A DNA stretch of 63,752 bases, the filler included, from Octopus bimaculoides (taxonomy: Eukaryota), in assembly GCF_001194135.2 (NCBI RefSeq). It is 5 parts of 4 records of this genome, joined end to end, with 100 filler letters (N's around TTAATTAATTAA, not from the genome) between each part and the next. Parts side by side here need not be neighbours in the genome. Positions count along the whole stretch, not along the records: positions 1 to 8,712 come from NC_068991.1; positions 8,813 to 24,235 come from NC_068985.1; 3 more parts are not named here. One strand, given 5' to 3'. This document shows positions 1 through 12,336 of this stretch, one piece after another; the stretch's first letter is position 1, and each line of letters opens with the position of its first letter. Under the pieces are notes generated by a model that saw nothing but the letters and a program-made list of their open reading frames with translations, did no database searches and was not told where the DNA came from. The position numbers were made by a program, and so were the translations under genes.

Positions 1-167
1 GTAGTAGTAGTAGTATAGTAGTTAGTAGTAGTATAGTAGTTAGTAGTAGTAGTAGCAGCAGCAGCAATAGTAGTAATAGTAGTAGTAGTAGGGGTCCTAA
101 TAATATTAATTGGCAGTGGTGATAATAGTAGATATGGATGCAACAGCAGCAGCCGTAGCAGCAGCAA

Positions 168-215
<48 letters not shown>

Positions 216-430
216 CAGTAGTAGTAGTATCAGCAGTAGTCGTTTTAGTAGTAGTAGTTGTAGTAGTTAGTAGTAGTAGTCGTAGTAGTAGTGGTGGTGG
301 TGGTAGTGGTGTTAGTTGTATTCGTGGTGTTGGTAGTGGTGTTGATTGTGGCGTTGACTTCAGTCTGTGCGACAGTGACAGAAGTGGTGATGGAGGTTGT
401 AGTAGAGGTAGTTGTGATGGTGGTAACGGT
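1..430. repeat. Imperfect trinucleotide microsatellite mosaic (GTA/GCA/GTG)n
   Basis: Continuous gtagtagta / gcagca / ggtggt runs; the listed ORFs here are poly-V/T/S artefacts. Confidence 0.95.
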
Positions 431-1046
431 GACAAAGTGGAACATTTCTGATGGATGTCGAGAGCGGCAAATTGTGACGTTTTCTATTTTTTTATATAAT
501 TATTTTTATGAAGATAAGCGCGACAAGTCACAACAACACAGGCCTTAACAAGACCAACAACATCACCATCAACGCAAACGCTAATAATTATTTACTCTGG
601 TCTTATGTTCTAGAAATAGCAGTCAAAATCCTGCGGGTCACCTACCATCGTCCGTAGTACTGCCAATGTACTCACCAGTCTTGTACTGGATAATATTTAT
701 ATATACATACAAACATACATACAGATATAAATATACATATTATTGTGTGTTGGGACGGTCATTACGTCAACAATGTAAAACGCATGCAGTGGCGCCGATC
801 ACTTCTTCATTGTTAGACTGTTGGTTAAATACCTACTAATTAATCGATCATTTTTATGATGTTCTGGTTAAACAATCAATCGGTTATTTGGTTTCTAACA
901 GTAAGGAAGTGATAGTAAACCCTTGCTGGTGTTCATTATTGGTGCAATGACGCTCCCAAGATGCAATAAAATTTGTTTCAACACACGAATTCCAATGATC
1001 AATTTCGTAAAGCTGATACGAAAACGAAGTATATATAGATAGATAC

Positions 1047-1676
1047 ATTTCTTTTATTAGCCACACAGGGCTCAACGAAGATGGGACAAATACAATGTAG
1101 AGCTTTTCTTTTTGGGAGGGGGAAAGGAAGGAAAAAAAAAAAAAAAAATTGGTGGTGTCGATCAAAAGGGATCGAAAAAAAAAGAAAAGGAAAGGCCGAT
1201 CAATAGGGATCGTGTATCACACAGTAATGTTCTCGTGTAAAAAGAGGGGAGGACAGTTTAGGTTTAGCCGTGGAAGGAAAAGCCTACGGAAAAGACCACG
1301 GTAACCTTNNNNNNNNNNNNNNNNNNNNNNNNNNNNNNNNNNNNNNNNNNGTTCATAGGGTTATGCTCAAGATGGCTCCGTCGTTCACACGTGCCATCCT
1401 TGCTACATTCACCCATCTTTTTTTGAAGCATTCACTAGACAAGACTTCCCTTTCTACTCTCAACTTCCTCTTCAGGTGATACTTGAAGAAGTTGATGAGA
1501 GATTGCCCAGAGAGGAAAGTCTTTGTCTCTAGACCTTTCAGACGCGTCCACCATACACATTCTTTCGCCATAGCCACAAGTACGATGAAAATAGCTCTTC
1601 CTTCCCGTTTAAAGGAAGGAGGCGCGACAATATTCACGATAGACTCGGCTGATATACCGACTCGTCCCACACGCGA
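1047..1676 (-). mobile_element. 5'-truncated Tx1/L1-clade LINE: ORF2 C-terminus plus 3'UTR
   Basis: Minus frame AMAKECVWWTRLKG...FFKYHLKRKLRVEREVLSSECFKKRW matches the AK..IW..R...F...L..R...E...F...W pattern of Tx1-like ORF2 ends. It is followed by a 3'UTR ending AATAAAAGAAAT and is flanked on both sides by GATA repeats. Confidence 0.7.
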
Positions 1677-1770
1677 TAGGTAGATAGATAGATAGATAGA
1701 TAGATATATAGATAGATAGATAGATAGATAAATAGATAGATTGATTGATTGATTGACTGATAGATAGATG

Positions 1771-1807
<37 letters not shown>

Positions 1808-1832
1808 ATAGATGATAGATAAACAGATAGAT
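1677..1832. repeat. (GATA)n microsatellite
   Basis: Long gatagata array with a short (GATT)n block. Confidence 0.95.
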
Positions 1833-1917
1833 AAAAAGAATACAGCAAACTTGACGTAGAGAGCGGAGAATCAAACGTTTCAAATACAGTCCTTTCTCAG
1901 GGAGGTATAAGATTTGC

Positions 1918-1964
<47 letters not shown>

Positions 1965-2221
1965 TGTATGTATGGGGTAAGAGGATGGGGCTGAATGGGA
2001 AGGCCACAAGTGCATGCGCACATAAGGATACACATCTTAGAAGTGGAGAATGGAGTGAGTGGAGCAAGAACTCACTCAAAATCGAAAAGTGTCGCTGAAG
2101 AGGTCACAAATGTGTGATGAAAGATTTCCGGAAAATGGACATGAGTTGAAATAATAAAGTAAGAACAGTAATAACCGAGCGAAGGAAAAAATACAGCGCA
2201 TGTGTTTATTTGGCAAAAAAT

Positions 2222-2539
2222 ATGACTGTCCCGAAATACAACATATATATCTATTGCATCTCCTGCTCTCTCTGCCATTCTCTGTACATCGGACAAACGG
2301 GGCGCCGACTGGCCGACTGATTCGCGGAACACCTCCGAGACATCAACGTTGGCAATGACACCCCGGTGTCATGCCACTTCCGTTCTGCCGGCCACTCCTT
2401 GCAGCAACACCTGTCCGTGTTTGGATTGTCCATGCACAGGGGCCATCCGGACTCCCGTTTGCGCCGTGAACAGGGATTAATCTTCTCTCTTCGCTCCTTT
2501 GCGCCACATGGGCTCAACTCCCCTCCCCTCTTCGTCTAA
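2222..2539 (+). pseudogene. Penelope-like element GIY-YIG endonuclease (one in-frame TGA)
   Basis: Translates as MTVPKYNIYIYCISCSLCHSLYIGQTGRRLAD*FAEHLRDINVGNDTPVSCHF...: IYC/YIG motifs and the R.F.EH motif with CGA>TGA at 2318-2320. Absent from the ORF track because of that stop. Confidence 0.9.
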
Positions 2540-3573
2540 CCTCCTCCTCCTGCCTCTCTCCACCACTCTCCCTCCTACCACCCATCTCTCCCCCTCCCCC
2601 ACCTCCCCTCCTGCTCCGACTCCTACTTCTTTGTACGTCTCTTGACCTTTCTTCACTCCTACTTCTCTTCACTCCAACTTCTCTTCCTACTTCTCTTCAC
2701 TCCCACTTCTCTTCACCCCTACTCTTTCTGTCCTCTCTCTTNNNNNNNNNNNNNNNNNNNNNNNNNNNNNNNNNNNNNNNNNNNNNNNNNNNNNNNNNNN
2801 NNNNNNNNNNNNNNNNNNNNNNNNNNNNNNNNNNNNNNNNNNNNNNNNNNNNNNNNNNNNNNNNNNNNNNNNNNNNNNNNNNNNNNNNNNNNNNNNNNNN
2901 NNNNNNNNNNNNNNNNNNNNNNNNNNNNNNNNNNNNNNNNNNNNNNNNNNNNNNNNNNNNNNNNNNNNNNNNNNNNNNNNNNNNNNNNNNNNNNNNNNNN
3001 NNNNNNNNNNNNNNNNNNNNNNNNNNNNNNNNNNNNNNNNNNNNNNNNNNNNNNNNNNNNNNNNNNNNNNNNNNNNNNNNNNNNNNNNNNNNNNNNNNNN
3101 NNNNNNNNNNNNNNNNNNNNNNNNNNNNNNNNNNNNNNNNNNNNNNNNNNNNNNNNNNNNNNNNNNNNNNNNNNNNNNNNNNNNNNNNNNNNNNNNNNNN
3201 NNNNNNNNNNNNNNNNNNNNNNNNNNNNNNNNNNNNNNNNNNNNNNNNNNNNNNNNNNNNNNNNNNNNNNNNNNNNNNNNNNNNNNNNNNNNNNNNNNNN
3301 NNNNNNNNNNNNNNNNNNNNNNNNNNNNNNNNNNNNNNNNNNNNNNNNNNNNNNNNNNNNNNNNNNNNNNNNNNNNNNNNNNNNNNAAGATCACCAGCAT
3401 TCTATCTCCCACACACACAGCCCCTCGTTCTTCGATCACCGTCTGTTATCTCCCCCTTTTCTTAGCTCTCCTGAAAAAAGAATTTCTAACTTCCAGTCAG
3501 TCATTATTATGATTGACCGTTGACTGAACACTATTCAATTTTTTTCTCCGTGTTTTTCTCCTTGTCTCCGTAT

Positions 3574-3610
3574 TCTTTCTGTTGAAGAGCGTAGCTCGAA
3601 ACGTCAAAGA
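3574..3610 (+). ncRNA. Minimal type-I hammerhead ribozyme motif in a Penelope 3' terminal repeat
   Basis: TCTTT-CTGTTGA-aGAGC gta GCTC-GAAA-CG-TC/AAAGA: helix I TCTTT:AAAGA, helix II GAGC:GCTC, cleavage triplet GUC at 3603-3605. Lies downstream of the GIY-YIG at 2222. Confidence 0.8.
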
Positions 3611-3689
3611 CTTTCCGTATTCCCGAGCGTCATACTAATACATCCTTTTGTTATTTACACCACCTGTCCTCGTTTTTTCGTACATTCTC

Positions 3690-3734
<45 letters not shown>

Positions 3735-4289
3735 CTGTGCTATGATGTACGATAGAACATAACTCAAGGGTTTACTGTAAATATAATCTTAATGTTGTAA
3801 GCGTTTACTGTATACTAGTTATAGAAAATAATCTAGTACGCCTCGAGGTCTCACATGTCCCTACATTAGTCTATTTTCTATAGACAATGTACGGCGAACG
3901 CTTATAACATTAAGCGCGTAATAATAGTTACAGAATTTTCACTCGTCATCGTCTCTTAAATGAACAAAAATCAAGGTTTTTTTTATTATTTACTGAAGAA
4001 ACATCGTGTATTACAATGTTTGTAAACAATGTGTGGCATTCTTAAATATGGAAAGGGACAAGTGTGTATATATATATATATATATTTCTACACGTTTTGG
4101 TGTTTTCGGCAGCAGCATACCACATGAATATCTCATAATACTTTGCTTATGAACACATTAACATTAGAGATTAAATTAAACTGGATAGTCCAATTTGCAT
4201 ATTTTACATTCTCGTAGCAGCGAGTTGGAAAAGAGCTTTACTTGTGATGTAAAACTGTTCCCTGTTATTGCCATATCTTTTCTATAAAA

Positions 4290-4512
4290 TACATCTGTAC
4301 GGTTGTGTTTGGGGAGAGGCAAGACTATTGAAAAGGTTGTAAGACGCATCGAAAATTTTAGGAAGATAAAAATATGAAATAAGTGGAAATTTTACCGGTG
4401 AGTGTGTTAAATTATAAGGCACAAAAAGAAAATGACACTGCCCAGACACAATAGAATATGCTTCAACACACGAACTCACATAAAGAATCTTGCAAAGCAA
4501 ATCCAAAAACGA
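4290..4512 (+). repeat. Interspersed repeat, monomer of the fold-back unit at 54.7-54.9 kb
   Basis: ACTATTGAAAAGGTTG...AATTTTACCGGTGAGTGTGTTAAATTATAAGGCAC...CCCAGACACAA...GAATCTTGCAAA is also seen at 54610-54945. Confidence 0.8.
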
Positions 4513-4794
4513 AACACATCTATACATTAATTACTTTTTAGCCACAGTATGTGTTATGATGATTGTATATAATTCTTTGTAGACTGCAACCGCCACCCCT
4601 TCTTATTTGTTTGAGAATATTTATACATACATACATATATCCATACATTCATACATTCATACATACATACATACATATATATATGTATATGTGTGTGCAT
4701 ATATATAAATACATATATATTTATATGTATATATGTATGTATTTATATATATATATATATGTGCACATACATACAAACACATATACATCCATGC

Positions 4795-4826
<32 letters not shown>

Positions 4827-5902
4827 GTGTGTGTGTGTTTATATATGCTCGTATGTGCCTGTATGTGTGCATGTGTAGGTGTGCCTGTCTGTGTGTCTAT
4901 CAAAAAAATAAATGGTGATACTCGAGTTTGTAGCTGTTAATTAAATGAAGTGTAAAAATAGGTCAGTTGGTGAGAGAAACAAGTGTCAAAATCTCGACTA
5001 ATCTCCCGCAAAAATATCAGATAATAACAACATTTATAAGTGCCTGGGCCATCGATCATGCGACAAACTCCCTTCATATTCCTATTGGTTTTCTTAATGT
5101 TCATACACACGCACGAACACGCGCGCGAGCGAGCACAGATAAGCACGTAAATATGTGTATGTATATAGATTTAAGTATATATATATATATATATATATAT
5201 ATATNNNNNNNNNNNNNNNNNNNNNNNNNNNNNNNNNNNNNNNNNNNNNNNNNNNNNNNNNNNNNNNNNNNATATGTATATATATCAAAATACATGCACA
5301 TCTGTGTATGTGTGTCGGAGTGAGTGTGGGTGGGTGTACGTGTGTGTACGTGCGTACGTGTGTGTATGTGTATTTAATTAGTTTAAATACATGCATAGTT
5401 CATGTCGCCTTCACAAACATTTACATACAGATGCACGCGCAGATTTTACAAGAGGAATCTAGCATGCATATACATAAATTTACATGGGCGTGCAGACATG
5501 CATATCTACATGTTCATACATACATACACAAATATATGTATACACACAGACATATACATCCATCTATATGTACAACATACATACATATGTATGATTGTAT
5601 ATTTTAGATCCTGGACTGCATCAATATATCAGAGAGATAATCAAGTTAGGCTAGTCTCAGCAATTTCGTGCTAGAGTAACTGACGGACATGCCAGTAAGC
5701 TGCTGTACTGACCGGACCAGTGAAGTCCACATTCATCTAAGTGGAAATAAAAAATAAAGACAAACAACGGGGAGAAGTCATGTCTTTTAAGTTTTACAAA
5801 ATAAATTCTGACAATCTAATTAGTCTTGTTCTCGTTTTGTTTTTTGAGGTCAACAGAAATCAATATCTTACTGTCGCGTGTATAACAAAGCAGCGTCTTG
5901 TC

Positions 5903-5986
<84 letters not shown>

Positions 5987-6143
5987 TCATCTTTCTTTCT
6001 ATCTATATGTGCCTATCCATCCATCTTTGTATTTATGTATCTATTTCCATAACAAACGTACCACTCTAAATGTGTGTGTATAAGTGTGTGTGTTTGTCTA
6101 TGCATGTACATAAATATATATCAAATACATATATGCATAGTTG

Positions 6144-6183
<40 letters not shown>

Positions 6184-6799
6184 CATACACACATACACAT
6201 ACATTATATGTAACTATGATAACTTAGATCATGTTTCGGTCAAAGATTGATCCAGGCCATGTCTAACGTACTAGCACCAACCTTTAGGATCAGTTGACTC
6301 ATTCTTCAAAAAGGTTTGATGGGATGATAGCTCATTCAAGTAAGGAGTTTTTGTCTACAGTGATGTATCCAGGAAGTAGGCTTATCTCGTATCCCTTTGA
6401 CCGAGTTTCGTTTTTTAGTGATAGGTGCTTTTCTTCTGTTTTGGGATTATGTTAAATATAGTTTGCGTCTGTGTGTGTTTGTCTGTATGCTTTGAAACAG
6501 CGAACTGATCACTGACAAAATTCCGTGTGAACAAGTCGCGATCTCAAAGCCACGAAAATATTTTGGCAAATTAAATTTAAATGTTGAAGTGAATCTAACA
6601 GTTTTTGTGTGTTTTTAAATGGCTTATAAAAAACCTTCCACGCTGCAATTGTTTTCGTTTCAGCACACGATCTCAGATCAGGTCACTTGCTATGCAAGTA
6701 CATCTCCAATATATATATATATATATATATATCAATTCGTCAGGCTATCTATCTGCAGACACTCACTCATATACACACATACATACACATACATGTATA

Positions 6800-7240
6800 T
6801 CTACAATAATAAATTACAAGTTTGTGTGTTTGTGAATTTGTTACTTTAACTGCGCCGAGACTATCCGACAAACTTTGATGAACCTTGACACGTGTGGTGG
6901 GGCTTGTGCCCATGTGGTCACTTACGTACTTGAAATTTAAAAAAAAAAAACTGATTTCCAATCAGCATCGATTTTTCAAAATTCGTAAAATTTCCGGCAT
7001 TTTTCGCACTGGCCTTCGTGACATCAATTTGACGTAAAATGCCGAAATTTGACGAAAATTGTTTCAAGGGTATAAAAAGACAGCTTATTAACGGTAATCT
7101 ATTTAGCATTTGCTAATTTTTCATTTCAATGCGAATTGATTTAATTTGCTAAAACTTATTCGTTGTTTTAATTTCACACCATTTCAGGTTTTGATTTAGC
7201 GTGAAAAGTAGATGAATATTCTAATGAGATATGTACACTT
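6800..7240 (+). mobile_element. Non-autonomous Helitron-like 5' segment
   Basis: Starts A|TCTACAATAATAAATTACAAGTTTGTGTGTTTGTG, the same style of 5' end as the 48918-50673 element. No CTAG 3' end was found. Confidence 0.45.
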
Positions 7241-7461
7241 AATTCACAGCGTATGTCGATGATGAGAAGGTAAAATGATGTTCGCCAGGATGCTACGCAT
7301 CTTCGGCCTACCAAATTTCACTCACAGGGCTGCAATCGGCCGGATTTAGTAGTGAAGTTCTCTTCAAGTATATGCCACGAAACGGAATCGAATCCAAGAT
7401 ATCATAATTACAAATGGGAACTTCTTAACGAAACAGTCAGACCTAGGGCGATAAATACACA

Positions 7462-7507
<46 letters not shown>

Positions 7508-8296
7508 ATCACATAGAGGCATAAACACACAAACAGAAATGTATGTGTGTAGTTCTATGAGCATGTTTATGTGTTTCTTTATATCTGTATTTGTGTGCGA
7601 GTGAGTGCGTGTGTAAATATATATTTATTATATTTATTATATATATATATATGCATGTGTTTAAGCATATAGTTACATTCCTGCATATATAGATATTTAA
7701 ATAAATACATACATGCACACACACACACAACCACATATATATATATATATACGAATTAAAACAAAGTAATTTTATGGATATACGTGTATGTACATGTCTG
7801 TGCATCATTGATGTGACCCACTACATTGACCTTACTCCAATTTGTTATAGGTTGGTGACATTTCAGTGTAATTCCCTTGGTATTTGGGTAAAATACAAGT
7901 TGAACTTTAATAAATTTCTTTCGGTTGAACTCTTCGTTTCAATAGATTTTCTTGACAACATAAACAAACACGTTTCTCTAAGATTGATTAACACTTATTG
8001 AAATTTGAGAATTATTAGTTGAAAAATGGAAAACAATTGTAGTAAAATATATTTGCTTAGTCGCCCACAAGCAATACCATGCATCTGATACGCTTAAATA
8101 AATCAACACACAAACACAGACACACACAGACACACACAAACACACACACACACACACACACACAAGCGCTCACACACATTTACACACACATTCACACACA
8201 CATGCATGTACGCACGCTGTTTGAAATGCGTGTATTTGTGTACAAACATACATATATCTGCGAATGTATATTTGTGTGCATTAAATCATATTGAGA

Positions 8297-8337
<41 letters not shown>

Positions 8338-8339
8338 AT

Positions 8340-8490
8340 TAATTCAAAAAACGGAGAGAAGACAACAAGAAGAAAACAAGAACGTGAAGACGTAGCAAAT
8401 GTAAAGTATCAATAAGACGCTCGGAGAAGGAAACAAATGGTTGTTTTAGGTTTCGGGCCTAGCTCTTCATCGGAGACAAGAAAAACAGAA
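8340..8490 (-). mobile_element. Short Penelope-type terminal repeat with a degenerate hammerhead (8441-8479)
   Basis: Minus strand TTGTCT-CCGATGA-AGAGC tag GCCC-GAAA-CC-TA/AAACAA, followed by CCGAGCGTC...TTTACATTTGC like the other copies. Confidence 0.6.
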
Positions 8491-8622
8491 ATTTTTGAAA
8501 TATATGAATATATTGCATGTATGCATGTATGTATGTATGTATCTATGTATGTATGTATGTACGTACACGTATGCAGTCATATACATGTATGCATATAATA
8601 CATATATTTATAGCTATCTATC

Positions 8623-8666
<44 letters not shown>

Positions 8667-8881
8667 ATAAGGGCATTACCTATATAGTAATGCCTCACGC
8701 TTAGAGGGACTANNNNNNNNNNNNNNNNNNNNNNNNNNNNNNNNNNNNNNNNNNNNTTAATTAATTAANNNNNNNNNNNNNNNNNNNNNNNNNNNNNNNN
8801 NNNNNNNNNNNNAAGATTCGTTAATGAAACTCTTCACCTCAACTAAACGAACCATCAAGAAATGTCAAGGACACTTCAGAT

Positions 8882-8969
8882 GGAAGAAGAAGAAGAAGAA
8901 GAAAAAGAAGAAGAAGCAGAAGAAGAAAGAGAAGAAGAGGAAGAAGAACACGGAGAAGAAGAAGAGGAA

Positions 8970-9011
<42 letters not shown>

Positions 9012-9105
9012 GAAGAAGAAGAAGAAGAAGAAGAAGAAAAAGAAGAAGAAGAAGAAGAAGAAAAAGAAGAAGAAGACGGAGAAGAGGAAGAAGAAGATAA
9101 ATAAA
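8882..9105. repeat. Compound (GAA)n-(AAT)n-(GAA)n microsatellite
   Basis: Directly visible; produces the poly-K/N ORF artefact. Confidence 0.95.
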
Positions 9106-9639
9106 AGGCTATAAAAGTTGGATTACTTGGGTGGATTGTTTGGTACTGCAGTTATTCTTGGTTGGGTAGGTCAATAAGTGAGAAGAAGATGGAAGGGTGA
9201 ATTAGAAGGGGGTGGCAATTCGGTTGTTATAGGTGAGAAGTGGTTTATACCTAAAAGCTTCCTCCCCACCAAATAGACATACATACATACATGTATGTAT
9301 ACATACATGCATATATACACACCCACACACATACATGTATTGACACATGCATGCAAACACAATTATGTGTAGCGGGGGAGTGTCAGAGGGCAAAGAAGTA
9401 GTGGAGTTAAGGTTGCCAGGTCACATCCAGTAGATATGATTGGTCAAGTCAGTCGTCACAATCGGACAAACAACCAAGAGGTCGTCGGTTCAGATCTCAT
9501 CACTGGTGCTGATTTAAGTCCCTGGCCAAACCAACTTAGCTTTTAAATGGTCCAGTCACCTGGTTGTAAACAGATGTACAACGATATGGCATAGCTTAAC
9601 ACTATAAGCAGAGGAAGCACAATGGAATTGCAGTGTGGA

Positions 9640-9935
9640 GCTACCTCCAGCAGCCCACTATCATCCCATCCAGTGAAGATGGATGAAATGAAGGTAAACA
9701 TTTTGCCCGCCAGCTCATTGCCTCAATATGGCCTTTGTGCCGGTGGCACGTAAAAGCACCCACTACACTCTTGGAGTGGTTGGCGTTAGGAAGGGCATCC
9801 AGCTGTAGAAACTCTGCCAGATCAGATTGGAGCCTGGTGCAGCCATCTGGTTTCACCAGTCCTCAGTCAAATCATCCAACCCATGCTAGCATGGAAAGCA
9901 GATGTTAAATGATGATGATGATGATGAGGATGATG
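9640..9935 (+). mobile_element. RTE-LINE 3' tail ending in (GAT)n
   Basis: AAAGCACCCACTACACTC..GTTAGGAAGGGCATCCAGCTGTAGAAAC..CCAACCCATGCTAGCATGG..(GAT)n. The same tail terminates the RT-bearing copies at 24336-25105, 31515-34250 and 41365-43260. Confidence 0.85.
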
Positions 9936-9939
9936 AAAG

Positions 9940-10620
9940 GGCATGAGGCCTGAAATTTTTGGGGAGGAGACTAGTCAATCACATCAACCCTAGTATTTCA
10001 CTGGTACTTTATTTATCGATCCTGAATGGATGAAAGGCAAAGCCAACTTCAGCGGAATTTGGACTAAGAAGATGAAGATGGACAAAATGGAGGTTAAGCA
10101 TTTTGTCCAGCATGCTAACAATTCCACCAGCACGTCGCCTCAATAATAATAATAATAATAATAATAATATGGTTTCAGAAAATGGCACAAGGCCAGCAAT
10201 TTCAGGCAGAAGGCCAAGTTGATTACATTGACCCCAGTACTCAACTGATAATTATTTTACCGACCCTCAAACAATGAAAGGCAAAGTCAACCGTAACAGA
10301 GTTTGAACTCAGAATGTAAAGCTGTGAGAAACGCTGCAAAGCATTTTCCCCCCTGCATGGTAACAATTCTGCCAACTCACTACCTTGATGATGATGATGA
10401 TGATGATAATAATAATAATAATTAATAATAATAATAATAATTAATAATAATAATAATGATGTTTCTAATTTAGGCACAAGGCCAGCAATTTTGTAGGGAG
10501 GGAAGTTAGATTGTATCATTAACTCTAAGTTCTTGACTGGCACTTCATTTTACCAACCCTGAAAATATGAAAGGCTATGTTGACCTCGGCAAGATTTGAA
10601 CCCAGAAACTCATCAAGAGC
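9940..10620 (-). mobile_element. Three adjacent tRNA-derived SINE copies (family A), CpG-decayed
   Basis: Repeated GGATGAAAGGCAAAGTCAACC..GGAATTTGAACTCAGAA..AAGCATTT..GCTAAC..CCAGCTC motif (B-box-like GAGTTCAAAT on the minus strand), separated by (AAT)n/(GAT)n. Confidence 0.85.
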
Positions 10621-10930
10621 CAGAACAAACACAACAACAGCTTTTCAAGCAACTCCTGTAAACAAGGTCACAATTAATGACTATTTCAAATGCTAATCAA
10701 AAGTACAAACTCGTTAGGAATCTAAAAGATTTCAGTTTGGCAACTATAATATATAGAACAAGCGGGGGCAGTGGAATAAAGTAGGGACTTTCGCTGTTTA
10801 TTTCAATACATTACGGCAAATGGCTTTTTACCAAGTTCATTGAAGCCTATCTCTAGGTTTCAGTATGTATTATAGTTTAAAAGCACATCAGTCCAGCTAT
10901 GAGCTTTTTGCTTGGCTGCAATTCTTCATT

Positions 10931-11159
10931 TTAACCCTTTGATATTCAGATTACTCTGTCAAAGATAATGCTTTTTTAAAATTTATTCACATTGTTTTTG
11001 AATTAATTATGCATTATCTCATGGCTTCAATATTTCAGTGATGTGATCGTTTATTTTTAGAATGATGTTGTAGGGTAAGTGTGAGAGGCCAGATCTGGTC
11101 AGTTTGAACATAAAATGGATGTGGGCTGGATATGGCAGGTTTAAACGCTAAAGTTTTAA
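10931..11159. mobile_element. MITE with TTAA ends (piggyBac-like)
   Basis: TTAACCCTTT(G/A)..ATTCAGA ... TTTAAACGCTAAAG(GG)TTAA. Further copies at 19372-19598 and 21639-21850 (truncated by an RTE). Confidence 0.75.
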
Positions 11160-11454
11160 AACAACTAATGGACAAAGCCCATATAAGTAGTTTATAAAAA
11201 CAGAAGCATGAAGAGTTAGAACCCTCAAACTACAGAAGACTCACATGGGCAGTTATAGGATTCATATGGCCAGTTTGAATGCTAAAGGGTCAAACATGTT
11301 TTCTAGAGGCATAAAAGTTACAGTTATATTAGACGCACCGTAATTTTAGCAGAGCATATTTCGAGGAGAAAAAACGCCCAAGCACATTGAAGCATGCAAA
11401 ATACATCCTAATTTACATATAAGACTTGGGAAGATTTTGACAGACATTTTCAAT

Positions 11455-11905
11455 TGGTATAAATTAAAACCTTCCATTGAAAATTCATCTAAATTTTTGT
11501 TCCAAACATCACCTTCATAATAATGTTATTTCACTAAATTCTTCAATATTTTCCAAATTAATTGAAATAAAAACGGTGTATTTTAACAGAAATATGCTAG
11601 CAAAAAGGTTAAAGTGATATAGATTAAAATCTTCCATCAAAATTTCACGTACATCTTTGCTCCAAACACCAGCTTCGTAATAATAATTATTTCACTAAAA
11701 AAATGTATATTTCAACAGAAATATGCTAACAAAAAGGTTAGTGATATAAATTAAAACCATCCATCAAAATTTCATACACAGTTTCGTTCTAAACGCCAGC
11801 TTCATAATAAAGTTATTTCACCAAACACTTCCTTATTTCCAAAATTAATTGAAGCAAAGGTAGCACACTGTAACTTAAATATCACAATAGAAGGGGTCAA
11901 CAGTT
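11455..11905. repeat. Three degenerate ~130-160 bp AT-rich tandem units
   Basis: ATAAATTAAAACCTTCCATC(A/G)AAATTTCA recurs near 11459, 11619 and 11747. Confidence 0.75.
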
Positions 11906-12069
11906 TAATCAATGCAACAGGCCGAACAAGCCATTAGGGGAAAACTAAAGTCCAAGTTTAAAACTAATTCTAAAATAAATTTGGTTCTACCATTAGCAAA
12001 ACAAAGGGCATTGTTACCACACCATCTGCTAGTAAGTAGTATTTTGCCTTTTTCATATTTTTTTCTTAT

Positions 12070-12299
12070 ACTTGTTTCAGTCATTTCACTGTGGCCATGC
12101 TGGGGCACCGCCTTTTAGTTGAACAAATCGATCCCAGGACTTATTCTTTATAAGCTTAGTACTTATTCTATCGGTCTCTTTTTGCCAAACTGATAAGTTA
12201 CAGGGACGTAAACATCACCAGCATCAGTTGTCAAGTGATATTGGGGGGGGGGGTGACAAACAGACACACACACAATATATGTATATACATATATTGACG

Positions 12300-12336
<37 letters not shown>

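Noticed and set aside
2093-2135. CTGAAGA-GGTCAC...GTGAT-GAAA hammerhead-like string
   Set aside because: Helix I has no partner and the cleavage triplet is not positioned correctly.
4563-5607. Many YI/HT/CV-rich ORFs here and at 13155-13854 and 63332-63706
   Set aside because: Translations of dinucleotide microsatellites.
8757-8768. TTAATTAATTAA islands inside N runs (also about 24280, 52581 and 61728)
   Set aside because: The identical 12-mer with stops in all six frames, always flanked by Ns, is best explained as an assembler gap marker rather than biology.
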